NCBI GenBank assembly: GCA_964016885.1
Contig: OZ024745.1
Span: 22,816,001 to 22,880,000, forward strand
DNA: 64,000 nucleotides
Source of the DNA: Eledone cirrhosa
Taxonomy: Eukaryota
Reading direction: 5' to 3'
Both the position numbers and the translations under genes were made by a program. Of the stretch, positions 1 to 12,702 are shown piece after piece (position 1 is the first letter of the stretch; every line of letters begins with the position of its first letter). Below the pieces are notes generated by a model that saw only the letters and a list, made by a program, of their open reading frames with translations, had not been told where the DNA came from and did not search any database.

Positions 1-19
1 TTCCATTGCCATTATAAGG

Positions 20-104
20 GGTCTGACGAGCCGCGGTTTACAGAGTCTGGATAGATCGATACAGATCGAACTTTGAGCTGATCAGTGGCGAAACGCGCGT
101 CACC
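20..104 (+). ncRNA. Type I hammerhead ribozyme motif with long stem II (Penelope-like pLTR type)
   Basis: Stem I GGT/ACC; CTGACGA 23-29; stem II GCCGC...GTGGC enclosing a long structured insert; GAAA 90-93; palindromic stem III ACGCGCGT; GTC cleavage triplet (after 101); AATAAA 109-114. Confidence 0.8.
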
Positions 105-288
105 AAACAATAAACGTTATATACAGTGAAATAAAATAACAAGGACAATTGGTTACTCCTTCATTACTTTTATACGTTTATTGCTCTGGTCTATTTGGTC
201 GATGGAGCGCTTGTCAGCACAACTCGGATATTGCGTTTCGCTTTGGTTTCGACCACAGCCGAAATCCGAATCTCGCTGAAATGATATT

Positions 289-353
<65 letters not shown>

Positions 354-521
354 TCAATAGTATCAATTGCTCACATTGGTACCAATTCTAGTAATCAACA
401 AAACTTCTAAATAAATTTTATATAGGGTGATATTGAAGGAGTGACGCTATAAAATATATATACATAATAAACATACATACGCACTCACGCACAGAAATAC
501 ACACACACACACATGCACACA

Positions 522-610
<89 letters not shown>

Positions 611-794
611 GCATACACATACACACACTCCCACACATGCAAATATATATATGCTTCAGCTCCATCTTCGCATAAATCTCCCACATGCCTAAATATTTTC
701 ATGACACAACTAGCCACACCTTGTGGCCCACCAGCGGTGGGCAGTTGTGTGTTCCCTTTGATACTAAACAACACGCGTCTGCTTATAAGATATA

Positions 795-987
795 CGAGGA
801 TCGGCTGAAAGGTTTATAGACTCAAAAGTTTATATTTTGACTAAGATACTCTCATGGAATGACCAAATGAGGTTTATTTATCAACAATGCAGTTATTAAT
901 AAGAAGAGTTGAAATTAATACATTCAAAATCACAACTCTAGCATCACCCCTTCTTTGTCAGCCTATGAACATTTCTGCCGACCCTCG
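795..987 (+). mobile_element. Mariner/Tc1-type MITE
   Basis: TIRs CGAGGATCGGCTGAAA / TTTCTGCCGACCCTCG flanked by TA; related copies at 10673-10871, 10925-11028 (partial, inverted) and 58424-58617. Confidence 0.75.
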
Positions 988-1015
988 TAAATCCTCTGAT
1001 ATATTTGAATTAAAT

Positions 1016-1192
1016 TGGCAGTATCGGTAGAGGGTAGGACGCTATGCTTTGACGCATAGAGTTAAGGCCCTTGCCATTCTGAGTTCAAATCCCGCCGAGG
1101 TTAACTTTGCCTTTCATCCTTACGGTGTCGATAAAACAAAGTACCAGTAATGCACTGGTAATTGCTGGCCTTGTGCCAAAAGTAGAAACAAT
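1016..1192 (+). mobile_element. tRNA-derived SINE family A (octopod-type)
   Basis: A-box-like TGGCAGTATCGG, B-box GAGTTCAAATCC, body GCCTTTCATCCTTACGG.GTCGATAAAA...GTACCAGT, tail GCTGGCCTTGTGCCAAAAGTAGAAAC; about 25 copies in the window. Confidence 0.85.
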
Positions 1193-1654
1193 TATATGTT
1201 GCAAGTTTTCCTTAAGTCATGTTCCAAACAGCGATGACAATATTATATATTTTATTAAATTCCTCAGAATTCTTGATTATTTTCAAAATTAATTTTTATA
1301 AAAAAATAGACAATGCATTTTATAAGAAACTTGGTCACAAAATGTTTAAGAACAATTGATATAGACCGACCAGTTTAATGCCAAATCCTTATATGGTATT
1401 GTATCAGAGTTTAGCCGTGTCCATATCGTGAGAAGGCGGAACAGATGAAGAATGCTATCATTGATGGTGGTGGTGGTGGTGGTAGTGGTGTGGTGGCGGT
1501 GTTTGTAATTGTGAAGGTAGTATTGTTGTGGAGACGGCTTAAAATATCCTTTTATTTTCTTAATTTTATTTTGGTTTTTATTTTACTTTATTTTATTTTA
1601 TGTTTATTTTTACCTGTGACAAATCAAAAATCTAAATATGGTCTCCATTACCGC

Positions 1655-1729
1655 CGACGGCAAGGAAATCGGACTCCTGTGTTCGATCTATAAAGTGGAT
1701 TCGTCACCCATTGACGTAGGTCCGCCGTC
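1655..1729 (-). other. tRNA-like cloverleaf (pseudo-tRNA or tRNA-like element)
   Basis: 75 nt on minus: acceptor GACGGCG/TGCCGTC, D-like CGTC/GACG, ATCCA/TAGAT arm, T-like AGGAG-TCCGAT-TTCCT; loop and linker sizes are non-canonical. Confidence 0.3.
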
Positions 1730-1824
1730 TTAAACATTTACTCACGAAACAGACAGGTGAGTCAGGTATGATTTAAGTTTCAGAAATGTGTGAATACGTG
1801 TGTATATGAGTGTGTGTGTGTATG

Positions 1825-1898
<74 letters not shown>

Positions 1899-1899
1899 C

Positions 1900-1932
<33 letters not shown>

Positions 1933-1979
1933 TGTGTATGAATGTACATATAGCTTTATATATATCTTGTAGTAGTAGT

Positions 1980-2052
<73 letters not shown>

Positions 2053-2280
2053 AACAAACAATTTAACAAATAAGAAAAATGAACATAATTGAATTCGCTA
2101 TTCATTCTGTTGTTTTTTCTTAACATTGTTGTAGTTGTTGTTGTTGTATATTGTTGTAGTTGTTGTTGTTGTTGTTGTATACTGTTGTAGTGTATGTTGT
2201 TGTTGTTGTTGTTGTTGTACGCGTGTCGTATTAGTTGTTCTTGTTATACAACCCGTATTAATTGTTTGTTGTTGTTTGTG

Positions 2281-3440
2281 GAGGTGGTGCTGGTGTAGTG
2301 TTAGTGCTGGTGGTGGAGGTGGTGCTGGTGGTGCTGGTGGTGGTGGTGTAGTGTTAGTGCTGGTGGTGCTGGTGGTGCTGGTGGTGGTGGTGTTAGTAGT
2401 GCTGGTGGTGGGGATGGTGGTAGTAGTGCTGGTGGTAGTAGTGCTGGTGGTGGTGGTGTAGTGTTAGTGCTGGTGGTGCTGGTGGTGCTGGTGGTGCTGG
2501 TGTTAGTAGTGCTGGTTGTGGGGATGGTGGTAGTAGTGCTGGTGGTGGTGGTGTAGTGTTAGTGCTGGTGGTGCTGGTGTTAGTAGTGCTGGTTGTGGGG
2601 ATGGTGGTAGTAGTGCTGGTGGTGGTGGTGTAGTGTTAGTGCTGGTGGTGCTGGTGTTAGTAGTGCTGGTTGTGGGGATGGTGGTAGTAGTGCTGGTGGT
2701 GGTGGTGTAGTGTTAGTGCTGGTGGTGCTGGTGGTGCTGGTGGTGGTGGTGTTAGTAGTGCTGGTGGTGGGGATGGTGGTAGTAGTGCTGGTGGTAGTAG
2801 TGCTGGTGGTGGTGGTGTAGTGTTAGTGCTGGTGGTGCTGGTGGTGCTGGTGGTGGTGGTGTTAGTAGTGCTGGTGGTGGGGATGGTGGTAGTAGTGCTG
2901 GTGGTAGTAGTGCTGGTGGTGGTGGTGTAGTGTTAGTGCTGGTGGTGCTGGTGGTGCTGGTGGTGCTGGTGTTAGTAGTGCTGGTTGTGGGGATGGTGGT
3001 AGTAGTGCTGGTGGTGGTGGTGTAGTGTTAGTGCTGGTGGTGCTGGTGTTAGTGGTGCTGGTGCTGGGGATGGTGGTAGTAGTGCTGGTGGTGGTGGTGT
3101 AGTGTTAGTGCTGGTGGTGCTGGTGTTAGTAGTGCTGGTTGTGGGGATGGTGGTAGTAGTGCTGGTGGTGGTGGTGTAGTGTTAGTGCTGGTGGTGCTGG
3201 TGTTAGTGGTGCTGGTGCTGGGGATGGTGGTAGTAGTGCTGGTGGTGGTGGTGTAGTGTTAGTGCTGGTGGTGCTGGTGTTAGTGGTGCTGGTGCTGGGG
3301 ATGGTGGTAGTAGTGCTGGTGGTGGTGGTGCTGGTGTTAGTGGTGGTGGTGCTGGTGTTAGTGGTGCTGGTGCTGGGGATGGTGGTAGTAGTGCTGGTGG
3401 TGGTGGTGCTGGTGTTAGTGGTGCTGGTGGTGGTAATGCT
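2281..3440. repeat. GGT/AGT/GCT-derived minisatellite
   Basis: Recurring units containing GGTGTAGTGTTAGTGCTGGT and GGGGATGGTGGTAGTAGTGCT. Confidence 0.9.
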
Positions 3441-3603
3441 GGTGGACCTGGTACAATACAACCTGTATCGGTTGTTGGCGTAGTTGTTGTTGTTGTTGCT
3501 ATACAACTCGTGATAATTGGTGTTGTTGTTGCTGCTAAGCAACCGGTGTTTATTGTAATTGTTGTTGTTGTTAGTGGTGTTATACAACCCATAATGTATA
3601 GCA

Positions 3604-4140
3604 CTAACCCTAATCCTAACCCTAACTCTAACTTTAAACCTATCCCTAAACGCTTACCCTAACCTCTAACCCTAACCCTAACCTCTAACCCTACCCTAAA
3701 CCTATCCCTAAACCTAACCTTAACCTCTAACTCTAACCCTGCCCTAAACCTAACCCTAACCTCTAACCCTACCCTAAACCTATCCCTAAACCTAACCTTA
3801 ACCTCTAACCCTAACCCTAACCCTAACCCTAACCCTACCCTAAACCTAACCCTAACCTCTAACCCTACCCTAAACCTATCCCTAAACCTAACCCTAACCT
3901 CTAACCCTAACCCTAACCCTAACCCTAACCCTAACCCTACCCTAAACCTAACCCTAACCTCTAACCCTACCCTAAACCTATCCCTAAACCTAACCCTAAC
4001 CCTAACCCTAAACCTAACCCTAACCCTAAACATAACCCTAAACTCTAACCCTAACCCTAAACATAACTCTAAACGCTTACCCTATCCTCTAACTCTAATG
4101 CTAACCCTAAACCCTGAATGCTAACCCTAACTCTAACCCA
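3604..4140. repeat. Interstitial telomere-like (TAACCC)n tract, degenerate, with higher-order units
   Basis: Runs of CTAACC interleaved with recurring variants CTAAACCTATCC and CTAACCTCTAACCCTACC. Confidence 0.85.
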
Positions 4141-4595
4141 TATTGTTGTTGACGCTGTTGTTGCTGTCGTCGTCGTTGCTGTCGTTGTAGTTGTTGTTGT
4201 TGCTGTTGTTGTTGTCGTTGTTCTCGTTGTTGTTGTGGTCGTTATTGTTGTTGTTGTTGCTGTTGTTGTTGTCGTTGTTGTCGTTGTTGTTGTGGTCGTT
4301 ATTGTTGTTGTAGTTGAGGTCGTTGTTCTCGTCGTCGCTATCGTTGTTTTTGTTGTGTTGTCCTCGTCGTTGTTGTAGTTGTAGTTGCTGTCGACATTGT
4401 TGTAGTTGTAGTTGTTGATGTAGTTGTTGTTGTAGTTGCTGTAGTTGTAGCACGGCGCCATATTGTCTCAGCTTCTCACACAAGTAACAAATAACATATC
4501 GACATTTTTTTTTAAATCAGAAAATGGAGTTTGTTTTGTTTTGTTTCCCCTTTGTTATTCTTCTTCTTCTACTTCTTATTTTTATTGATAGTAAG

Positions 4596-7378
4596 GTTAG
4601 TAGTGCTGGTGGTAGTTGGAGTGGTGAAGGTTGTTGTGGTGGTAGTTGTAGTAATGTTAGTAGTGCTGGTGGTAGTTGGAGTGGTGAAGGTTGTATTGGT
4701 GGTAGTTGTAGTAATGTTAGTAGTGCTGGTGGTAGTTGGAGTGGTGAAGGTTGTTGTGGTGGTAGTTGTAGTAATGTTAGTAGTGCTGGTGGTAGTTGGA
4801 GTGGTGAAGGTTGTATTGGTGGTAGTTGTAGTAATGTTAGTAGTGCTCGTGGTAGTTGGAGTGGTGAAGGTTGTTGTGGTGGTAGTTGTAGTAATGTTAG
4901 TAGTGCTGGTGGTAGTTGGAGTGGTGAAGGTTGTATTGGTGGTAGTTGTAGTAATGTTAGTAGTGCTGGTGGTAGTTGGAGTGGTGAAGGTTGTATTGGT
5001 GGTAGTTGTAGTAATGTTAGTAGTATTACTGGTGGTAGTTGGAGTGGTGAAGGTTGTATTGGTGGTAGTTGTAGTAATGTTAGTAGTGCTGGTGGTAGTT
5101 GGAGTGGTGAAGGTTGTATTGGTGGTAGTTGTAGTAATGTTAGTAGTGCTGGTGGTAGTTGGAGTGGTGAAGGTTGTATTGGTGGTAGTTGTAGTAATGT
5201 TAGTAGTGCTGGTGGTAGTTGGAGTGGTGAAGGTTGTATTGGTGGTAGTTGTAGTAATGTTAGTACTGCTGGTGGTAGTTGGAGTGGTGAAGGTTGTATT
5301 GGTGGTAGTTGTAGTAATGTTAGTAGTGCTGGTGGTAGTTGGAGTGGTGAAGGTTGTTGTGGTGGTAGTTGTAGTAATGTTAGTAGTGCTGGTGGTAGTT
5401 GGAGTGGTGAAGGTTGTATTGGTGGTAGTTGTAGTAATGTTAGTAGTGCTGGTGGTAGTTGGAGTGGTGAAGGTTGTATTGGTGGTAGTTGTAGTAATGT
5501 TAGTAGTGCTGGTGGTAGTTGGGGTGGTGAAGGTTGTTGTGGTGGTAGTTGTAGTAATGTTAGTAGTGCTGGTGGTTGTTGGGGTGGTAGAGGTGGTATT
5601 GGTGGTAGTTGTAGTAATGTTAGTAGTGCTGGTGGTAGTTGGAGTGGTGAAGGTTGTTGTGGTGGTAGTTGTAGTAATGTTAGTAGTGCTGGTGGTTGTT
5701 GGGGTGGTAGAGGTGGTATTGGTGGTAGTTGTAGTAATGTTAGTAGTGCTGGTGGTAGTTGGAGTGGTGAAGGTTGTTGTGGTGGTAGTTGTAGTAATGT
5801 TAGTAGTGCTGGTGGTTGTTGGGGTGGTAAAGGTGGTATTGGTGGTAGTTGTAGTAATGTTAGTAGTGCTGGTGGTAGTTGGAGTGGTGAAGGTTGTATT
5901 GGTGGTAGTTGTAGTAATGTTAGTAGTATTACTGGTGGTAGTTGGAGTGGTGAAGGTTGTTGTGGTGGTAGTTGTAGTAATGTTAGTAGTGCTGGTGGTT
6001 GTTGGGGTGGTAGGGGTGGTATTGGTGGTAGTTGTAGTAATGTTAGTAGTGCTGGTGGTAGTTGGAGTGGTGAAGGTTGTTGTGGTGGTAGTTGTAGTAA
6101 TGTTAGTAGTGCTGGTGGTTGTTGGAGAGGTGAAGGTTGTTGTGGTGGTAGCTGTAGTAATGTTAGTAGTGCTGGTGGTTGTTGGGGTGGTAGAGGTGGT
6201 ATTGGTGGTAGTTGTAGTAATGTTAGTAGTGCTGGTGGTAGTTGGAGTGGTGAAGGTTGTTGTGGTGGTAGTTGTAGTAATGTTAGTAGTGCTGGTGGTT
6301 GTTGGGGTGGTAGGGGTGGTATTGGTGGTAGTTGTAGTAATGTTAGTAGTGCTGGTGGTAGTTGGAGTGGTGAAGGTTGTTGTGGTGGTAGTTGTAGTAA
6401 TGTTAGTAGTGCTGGTGGTTGTTGGGGTGGTAGGGGTGGTATTGGTGGTAGTTGTAGTAATGTTAGTAGTGCTGGTGGTAGTTGGAGTGGTGAAGGTTGT
6501 TGTGGTGGTAGTTGTAGTAATGTTAGTAGTGCTGGTGGTTGTTGGGGTGGTAGGGGTGGTATTGGTGGTAGTTGTAGTAATGTTAGTAGTGCTGGTGGTA
6601 GTTGGGGTGGTGAAGGTTGTTGTGGTGGTAGTTGTAGTAATGTTAGTAGTGCTGGTGGTTGTTGGGGTGGTAGGGGTGGTATTGGTGGTAGTTGTAGTAA
6701 TGTTAGTAGTGCTGGTGGTTGTTGGAGAGGTGAAGGTTGTTGTGGTGGTAGCTGTAGTAATGTTAGTAGTGCTGGTGGTAGTTGGAGTGGTGAAGGTTGT
6801 TGTGGTGGTAGTTGTAGTAATGTTAGTAGTGCTGGTGGTTGTTGGGGTGGTAGGGGTGGTATTGGTGGTAGTTGTAATAATGTTAGTAGTGCTGGTGGTA
6901 GTTGGAGTGGTAGAGGTGGTATTGGTGGTAGTTGTAGTAATGTTAGTAGTGCTGGTGGTAGTTGGAGTGGTGAAGGTTGTTGTGGTGGTAGTTGTAGTAA
7001 TGTTAGTAGTGCTGGTGGTTGTTGGGGTGGTAGAGGTGGTATTGGTGGTAGTTGTAGTAATGTTAGTAGTGCTGGTGGTAGTTGGAGTGGTGAAGGTTGT
7101 TGTGGTGGTAGTTGTAGTAATGTTAGTAGTGCTGGTGGTTGTTGGGGTGGTAGAGGTGGTATTGGTGGTAGTTGTAGTAATGTTAGTAGTGCTGGTGGTT
7201 GTTGGGGTGGTAGGGGTGGTATTGGTGGTAGTTGTAATAATGTTAGTAGTGCTGGTGGTAGTTGGAGTGGTAGAGGTGGTATTGGTGGTAGTTGTAGTAA
7301 TGTTAGTAGTGCTGGTGGTAGTTGGAGTGGTGAAGGTTGTATTGGTGGTAGTTGTAGTAATGTTAGTAGTATTACTGG
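4596..7378. repeat. 60-bp minisatellite, about 46 units
   Basis: Unit GGTGGTAGTTGGAGTGGTGAAGGTTGTTGTGGTGGTAGTTGTAGTAATGTTAGTAGTGCT; 60-nt lines are in register; two internal 63-bp units (about 5025 and 5928). Confidence 0.95.
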
Positions 7379-7710
7379 TACTTTATTCTATCGACGCCGT
7401 AAGGATGAAAGGCAAATTTTACCTCGGCGGGATTTGAACTCTGAACATAAAGGGCCGTAACTCTATGCTGCAAAGCATGGTGTGCATTCCTCTACTGATA
7501 CTGCCAATCCACCGCCATTTATTAATAATTTTTTTCTACTTTTGGCACAAGGCCAGCAATTATCCCAGTGCATTACTGGTACTTTATTTTATCGACCCCG
7601 TAAGGATGAAAGGCAAAGTTAACCTCGGCGGGATTTGAACTCAGATCATAAAGGGAGGTAACTCTATGCTTCAAAGCATGGCGTCCGACCCTTACCGATA
7701 CTGCCAATTA
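7370..7710 (-). mobile_element. Two SINE family A copies
   Basis: Reverse-complement bodies ACTGGTACTTTATT...CGGCGGGATTTGAACTC at about 7370-7518 and 7530-7710. Confidence 0.85.
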
Positions 7711-8003
7711 ATAATAATAGTTTATTTCTAACTATAATATACATTTTTCTTATATTCTTTCCTTAAATTTTCTTCCACCCTAATATTAATATTACCCTCT
7801 TTCTCTTCTTCCCTTAAAAAATAATACTAATAATTATTTAAATCTACCTAGCGTCTAAATATAACGGTCTTTTTCAACTTTACGTTATCCTCATTAACAT
7901 ATTCATGTTTTGTTCAACATTTGAATTTCTTTCACTATCCAAACAGAACTTAAACGATAAGTTCTTGTTTTTAGATATGTCACAATCTGTAAAACAACTT
8001 TTG

Positions 8004-8065
8004 TATTTTAACTGATGAGAGCGTACCAAAGATTTTGGTACCCTTGAAATGTATATAATAAAATA
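8004..8065 (+). ncRNA. Type I hammerhead ribozyme motif (one stem I mismatch)
   Basis: CTGATGA 8012-8018; stem II GAG-C-GTACCAAA/TTTGGTAC-C-CTT; GAAA 8046-8049; stem III ATGTATAT; ATA site; stem I TATTTTAA/ATAAAATA with A.A next to the core; overlapping AATAAA. Confidence 0.7.
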
Positions 8066-8143
8066 AATATGGTTTTATAAAAATAGTTTCCATTTATTAA
8101 TATTATTGATATATTTATATATATCTATATATATATCATATAT

Positions 8144-8208
<65 letters not shown>

Positions 8209-8220
8209 ATTATATATATA

Positions 8221-8410
8221 GGAACGAGTAGGACCCCGACGGCTGAGCTCAAGCCGTTTCGACGGCTAATTCTGGACTAGAATTAGCCGTCGAAACGGCT
8301 TAAGCTCAGCCGTCGGGGTCCTACTCGTTCCTATTACCCACTCTACTACCCTAAGTATTGAGTACTTTGGTGCGTTATAGTCCACCTGGTTACTTACCAC
8401 ATTTCCTTCG

Positions 8411-8412
<2 letters not shown>
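8221..8412 (+). mobile_element. Palindromic hairpin+tail element in (TA)n, copy 1
   Basis: About 52-bp inverted arms GGAACGAGTAGGACCCCGACGG.../...CCGTCGGGGTCCTACTCGTTCC plus about 80-bp tail ending CCACATTTCCTTCGTT; flanked by TA repeats. Confidence 0.8.
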
Positions 8413-8460
<48 letters not shown>

Positions 8461-8521
8461 ATGTATATATGATATATATATATATGTATGTGTGTGAGTG
8501 TCTCTCTCTCTCTCTCTCTCA

Positions 8522-8554
<33 letters not shown>

Positions 8555-8586
8555 ACTCTCTCTCTCTCTCTCTCACTCTCTCTCTC

Positions 8587-8620
<34 letters not shown>

Positions 8621-8681
8621 CTGTATGTGTGTGTGAGTGTCTCTCTCTCTCTCCCTCTCACTCTCTCTCTCTCTCTCTCTC

Positions 8682-8804
<123 letters not shown>

Positions 8805-8827
8805 GTGTGTGTGAGTATGTGTCTGTC

Positions 8828-8858
<31 letters not shown>

Positions 8859-8979
8859 TGCAACTGTTGTTGCTGAAGATGCAGCTGCTGCAATAGTTAA
8901 AAGTAGATTTCTCAAATTTCGCTTTATCATTGGAATTTCCATCTAAACAGGAAAACCTCATTTTCTCGTGTGTACCTGT

Positions 8980-9451
8980 TAATGTCATCATCGTCACCAG
9001 CATCATCATCGTCAGCAACAACACCTCCTTCTCCTCTACCACCTCCTTCTCCTCACCATCACCACCATCATCATCATTATCATCATCACCATCATCATCA
9101 CCATCATCACCATCATCGTCGTCGTCAGTAACAGCAGCAAACAAATTTCTCCTCTACCACCTCCTCATCATCACCATCATCATCATCATCATCAACATCA
9201 AGAATGTCATCAATATCACCATCAACATCATCACAATCATCACCAGCATCATCATCATCATCATCGTCGTTATCATCATCAACATCATCATCATCATCAT
9301 CATCATCATCATTAACATCATCATCAACATCAACATCATCATCATTAACATCATCATCAACATCATCATCACCAGCAACATCAACATCATCATCATCAAC
9401 ATCATCAACATCATCAACATCATTATCATCAACATCATCAACATCATCAAT

Positions 9452-9497
<46 letters not shown>

Positions 9498-9730
9498 ACA
9501 TCAACATCATCATCATCAACATCATCATCAACATCATCATCATCAACATGATCATCAACATCACCACCATCACCATCATCAACATCATCAACATCATCAT
9601 CCTCAACATCAACATCATCATCAACATCAACATCATCAACATCACCATCATCACCATCATCAACATCACCATCATCAACATCACCATCATCACCATCATC
9701 ATCATCAACATCATCAACATCAACCTAAAC
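8980..9730. repeat. (CAT/CAA/CAC)n low-complexity tract
   Basis: Trinucleotide mosaic producing spurious poly-I/M/S ORFs. Confidence 0.9.
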
Positions 9731-10207
9731 CTATCAACTTCGTCTTTACCAAGATTACCACTAGCAGCTCTTCCATCGTCATTATTGTTGTCATCAATAT
9801 CAGAAACGCCATCAATTCCACCACCATCACCACCATCGTCACTACACCCCCCCCCCTCCACCATTATTACCATTGTTGTTGTTGTTGTTGTTGTTATTAT
9901 TATCATTAATATATGAGGGATGTTTGGTGTTTTATGAATAACTCTGATATCAGAAACTAGAGTAAGAGATTAAATTCTTTGTAATAGGGCGGTAGATGGG
10001 CAGTAACCGTGTAGCGGCTGACAACGTGCTTTATGGCATAGAGTTACGGCCCTTTATGATCTGAGTTCAAATCCTGCCTTACGGGTTTAATAAAATATAT
10101 TACCAGTAATGCACTGGAACAATTTCGTCGACTTTCTACTCCTCCCGCCGACAAAAATAATTGCTATCCTTGTGCCTAAATCATAAATCAGTATGTATGT
10201 ATATAGT

Positions 10208-10422
10208 GAAGGCGTGTGGCAAAGTGGTTAGAGATTTGGATTCACAATCGTGAGGTCGTGAGTTCGATTCCCGGATCGGGCAATGCGTTATGTCCTTGAG
10301 CAAGAAACTTTATTTCACGTTGCTCCTTCTACCTGGAGTTGCAACCGATAGATAGTATTAGCAATTGGAAAGACCAATGGAAACATTGTTTCCTCGGTCC
10401 GATTTGACGAAAGTCGATCATC

Positions 10423-10425
<3 letters not shown>
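10208..10425 (+). mobile_element. tRNA-derived SINE family B
   Basis: GAAGGCGTGTGGC...GTGGTTAGAG A-box, GAGTTCGATTCC B-box, body CCTTGAGCAAGA..CTTTATTTCACGTTGCTCC; other copies at about 45955-46300 (+), 51072-51205 (+), 58130-58355 (-). Confidence 0.8.
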
Positions 10426-10457
<32 letters not shown>

Positions 10458-10672
10458 GTGCCTCACAATGTTCTGAGTTCGAATCACGTCGTATCTATTT
10501 GTGTTGTTGGTTATTTTATTATCATTATTTTTTTTGTTTTGCTTTTTATTTGGTGGGGAGAGGTGATGATAAAATAAATATCAGATTAAGCCGTAGCCTG
10601 CATTTCAACAATTAGTGTCTCCTCCATCAAAGAGTTCCTTAATTTTAAATCAAATCTTCAGATATGTGCAAA

Positions 10673-11028
10673 CGAGGGTCAAATGAAAAATTTCATAGAC
10701 CGACCAAGATACTCTCATGGAATGACCAAATGAGATTTATTTTTCAATATAGTCCTTGGAAAGAATCAATGCAGTTATTAATAAGAAGGGTTTAAATTAA
10801 TGCATGCAAGATTTCACAGCTCTAGCATCACTCCTTCATATTCAACCTATGAACATTTCTACCGATTCTCGTAAATATCTATGGTTGAAGTGAATTACGT
10901 CACCAAACATACGCCCGCCATGTACGAGGGTGGGCTGAAACATTCACAGGATGATTATGAAGGAATGATGCTAGAGCTGTGAAATCTTGCATACATTAAT
11001 TTCAACCTCATTTGGTCATTCAATGAGG
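10673..11028. mobile_element. Mariner-type MITE plus adjacent inverted partial copy
   Basis: Same body as 795-987 (GATACTCTCATGGAATGACCAAATGAG; CTCTAGCATCAC). Confidence 0.7.
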
Positions 11029-11120
11029 TCTTTATATACCTATATTTATAAATATATGTATATACGTGGGCGGTGATTATACATTATATTATATTATATA
11101 TATAGGCACACACTCACGCA

Positions 11121-11264
<144 letters not shown>

Positions 11265-11534
11265 GAGAGAGAGCGAGAGAGAGATTAGTTGAAAAGATTA
11301 CAAATAAATAAAGTAACAAACAGCTCATTCTTTCTTCTTTATGCTAACATCTCTTCCCTACCGGGATATTAGATTACTTCACAATCTAAAGAAATACTTC
11401 TGTTACTAGGACTAACAATCTACAAAGATGTATTAGTGTCGGTTTGATAACTATAAGTTAATCTAGACATAAAATCAATCTAGTAATCAAAATGGCGGTC
11501 GGCAAAATATTTCTGTTGTTAATATTATTATTAA

Positions 11535-11900
11535 CAAAGTTACGGCCCTTTACGTTCTGAGATTAAATCCTGCCGAGGTTAGCTTTGCCTTTCATCCTTG
11601 CGGAGTCGATAAAATAAAGTACCAATAATACAGTGGTGTTCGATTTAATCGACTTTCGTTTCCCTCAAAATTGTTCACCTTGTGCCTAAATCAGAAACTC
11701 ATAATATTATCTACTTAAACAGGGCGTTGGATTGGTAGTATGGGTAGAGGGTCTGACGACATGCTTTGCAGCAAAGAGTTACGGCCCTTTATGGTCTGAG
11801 TTCAAATTTCGCCGAGGTTAACTTTGCTTTCATCCTTACGGGGTCGATAAAATAAAGTACCAGTAATTGCTGGCCTTGTGCCAAAAGTAGAAACCAATAT
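11535..11900 (+). mobile_element. Two SINE family A copies
   Basis: Bodies at about 11535-11700 and 11720-11900; the second is flanked by apparent TSD TATTATCTACTTAAA. Confidence 0.85.
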
Positions 11901-12179
11901 TATTATCTACTTAAAGACCATTGCTTCAGTCTTATTCATATTTGTAGTTATTTTTATATTCTATTTTCTTCTTCCTTTTCTGTTCCCTTTAGTAGTGTGT
12001 TTTATTTTTATTAGAAACTGCTCAATTATATTTATATAATGTCAATGGCATTTCATGACACTGTGTTTGTAGGTTTTTAGACAAATCTTTTAAAGAGTAT
12101 GGCAAAAGAAGATTTATGCTGCCTCAAGACTTGCGAAAGAAATTGTGATAGTGTCTGTAAATTGAAGATATAGCCTCGT

Positions 12180-12644
12180 CACTTATGACGTCACGCTTGT
12201 CTGTGGAATACTCAACCACGTGTTAATTTATGTGTTGGACATTCAGTTGGTCGAACAATTTAATGCTGTAATGACTTTGAATGCCACAGTCACAAAAGTG
12301 TGCTCAAACCTCGTTACCCCAGTGATACAGATCAGGGCGGTGTCAGGGAGCGTTCTTTTGTGTGTGTGAGCGAACACAGGCACAGGTGGGCCTTCTGGTC
12401 CCAGGGGACGAAATAAAAAAAGCGTTGCACGGAGACGCGTTGGAGTAGCCACACCTACATCGTGGCATATTCTCCTCATTATAAGACTTCCGTAAAATCA
12501 GTCAAGCATCTCTTGTCAATTGGAAAGTACAAAAAGAAAAACAGACTTGGTATGACGTCACAAAAGACGAGGTCACGTGATTTGTGAATGTTTGCGGATC
12601 TTTTTTTCGAACCCAGTCAGATTTGTATTTATAGATATAATGCG

Positions 12645-12702
<58 letters not shown>

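Noticed and set aside
1016-1100. SINE heads as tRNA genes
   Set aside because: A and B boxes are present but there is no complete cloverleaf, and all continue into the SINE body.
8228-8260. GTAG plus palindrome resembling bacterial REP sequences
   Set aside because: GTAG occurs in only one of seven copies and no RAYT/HUH transposase gene is present.
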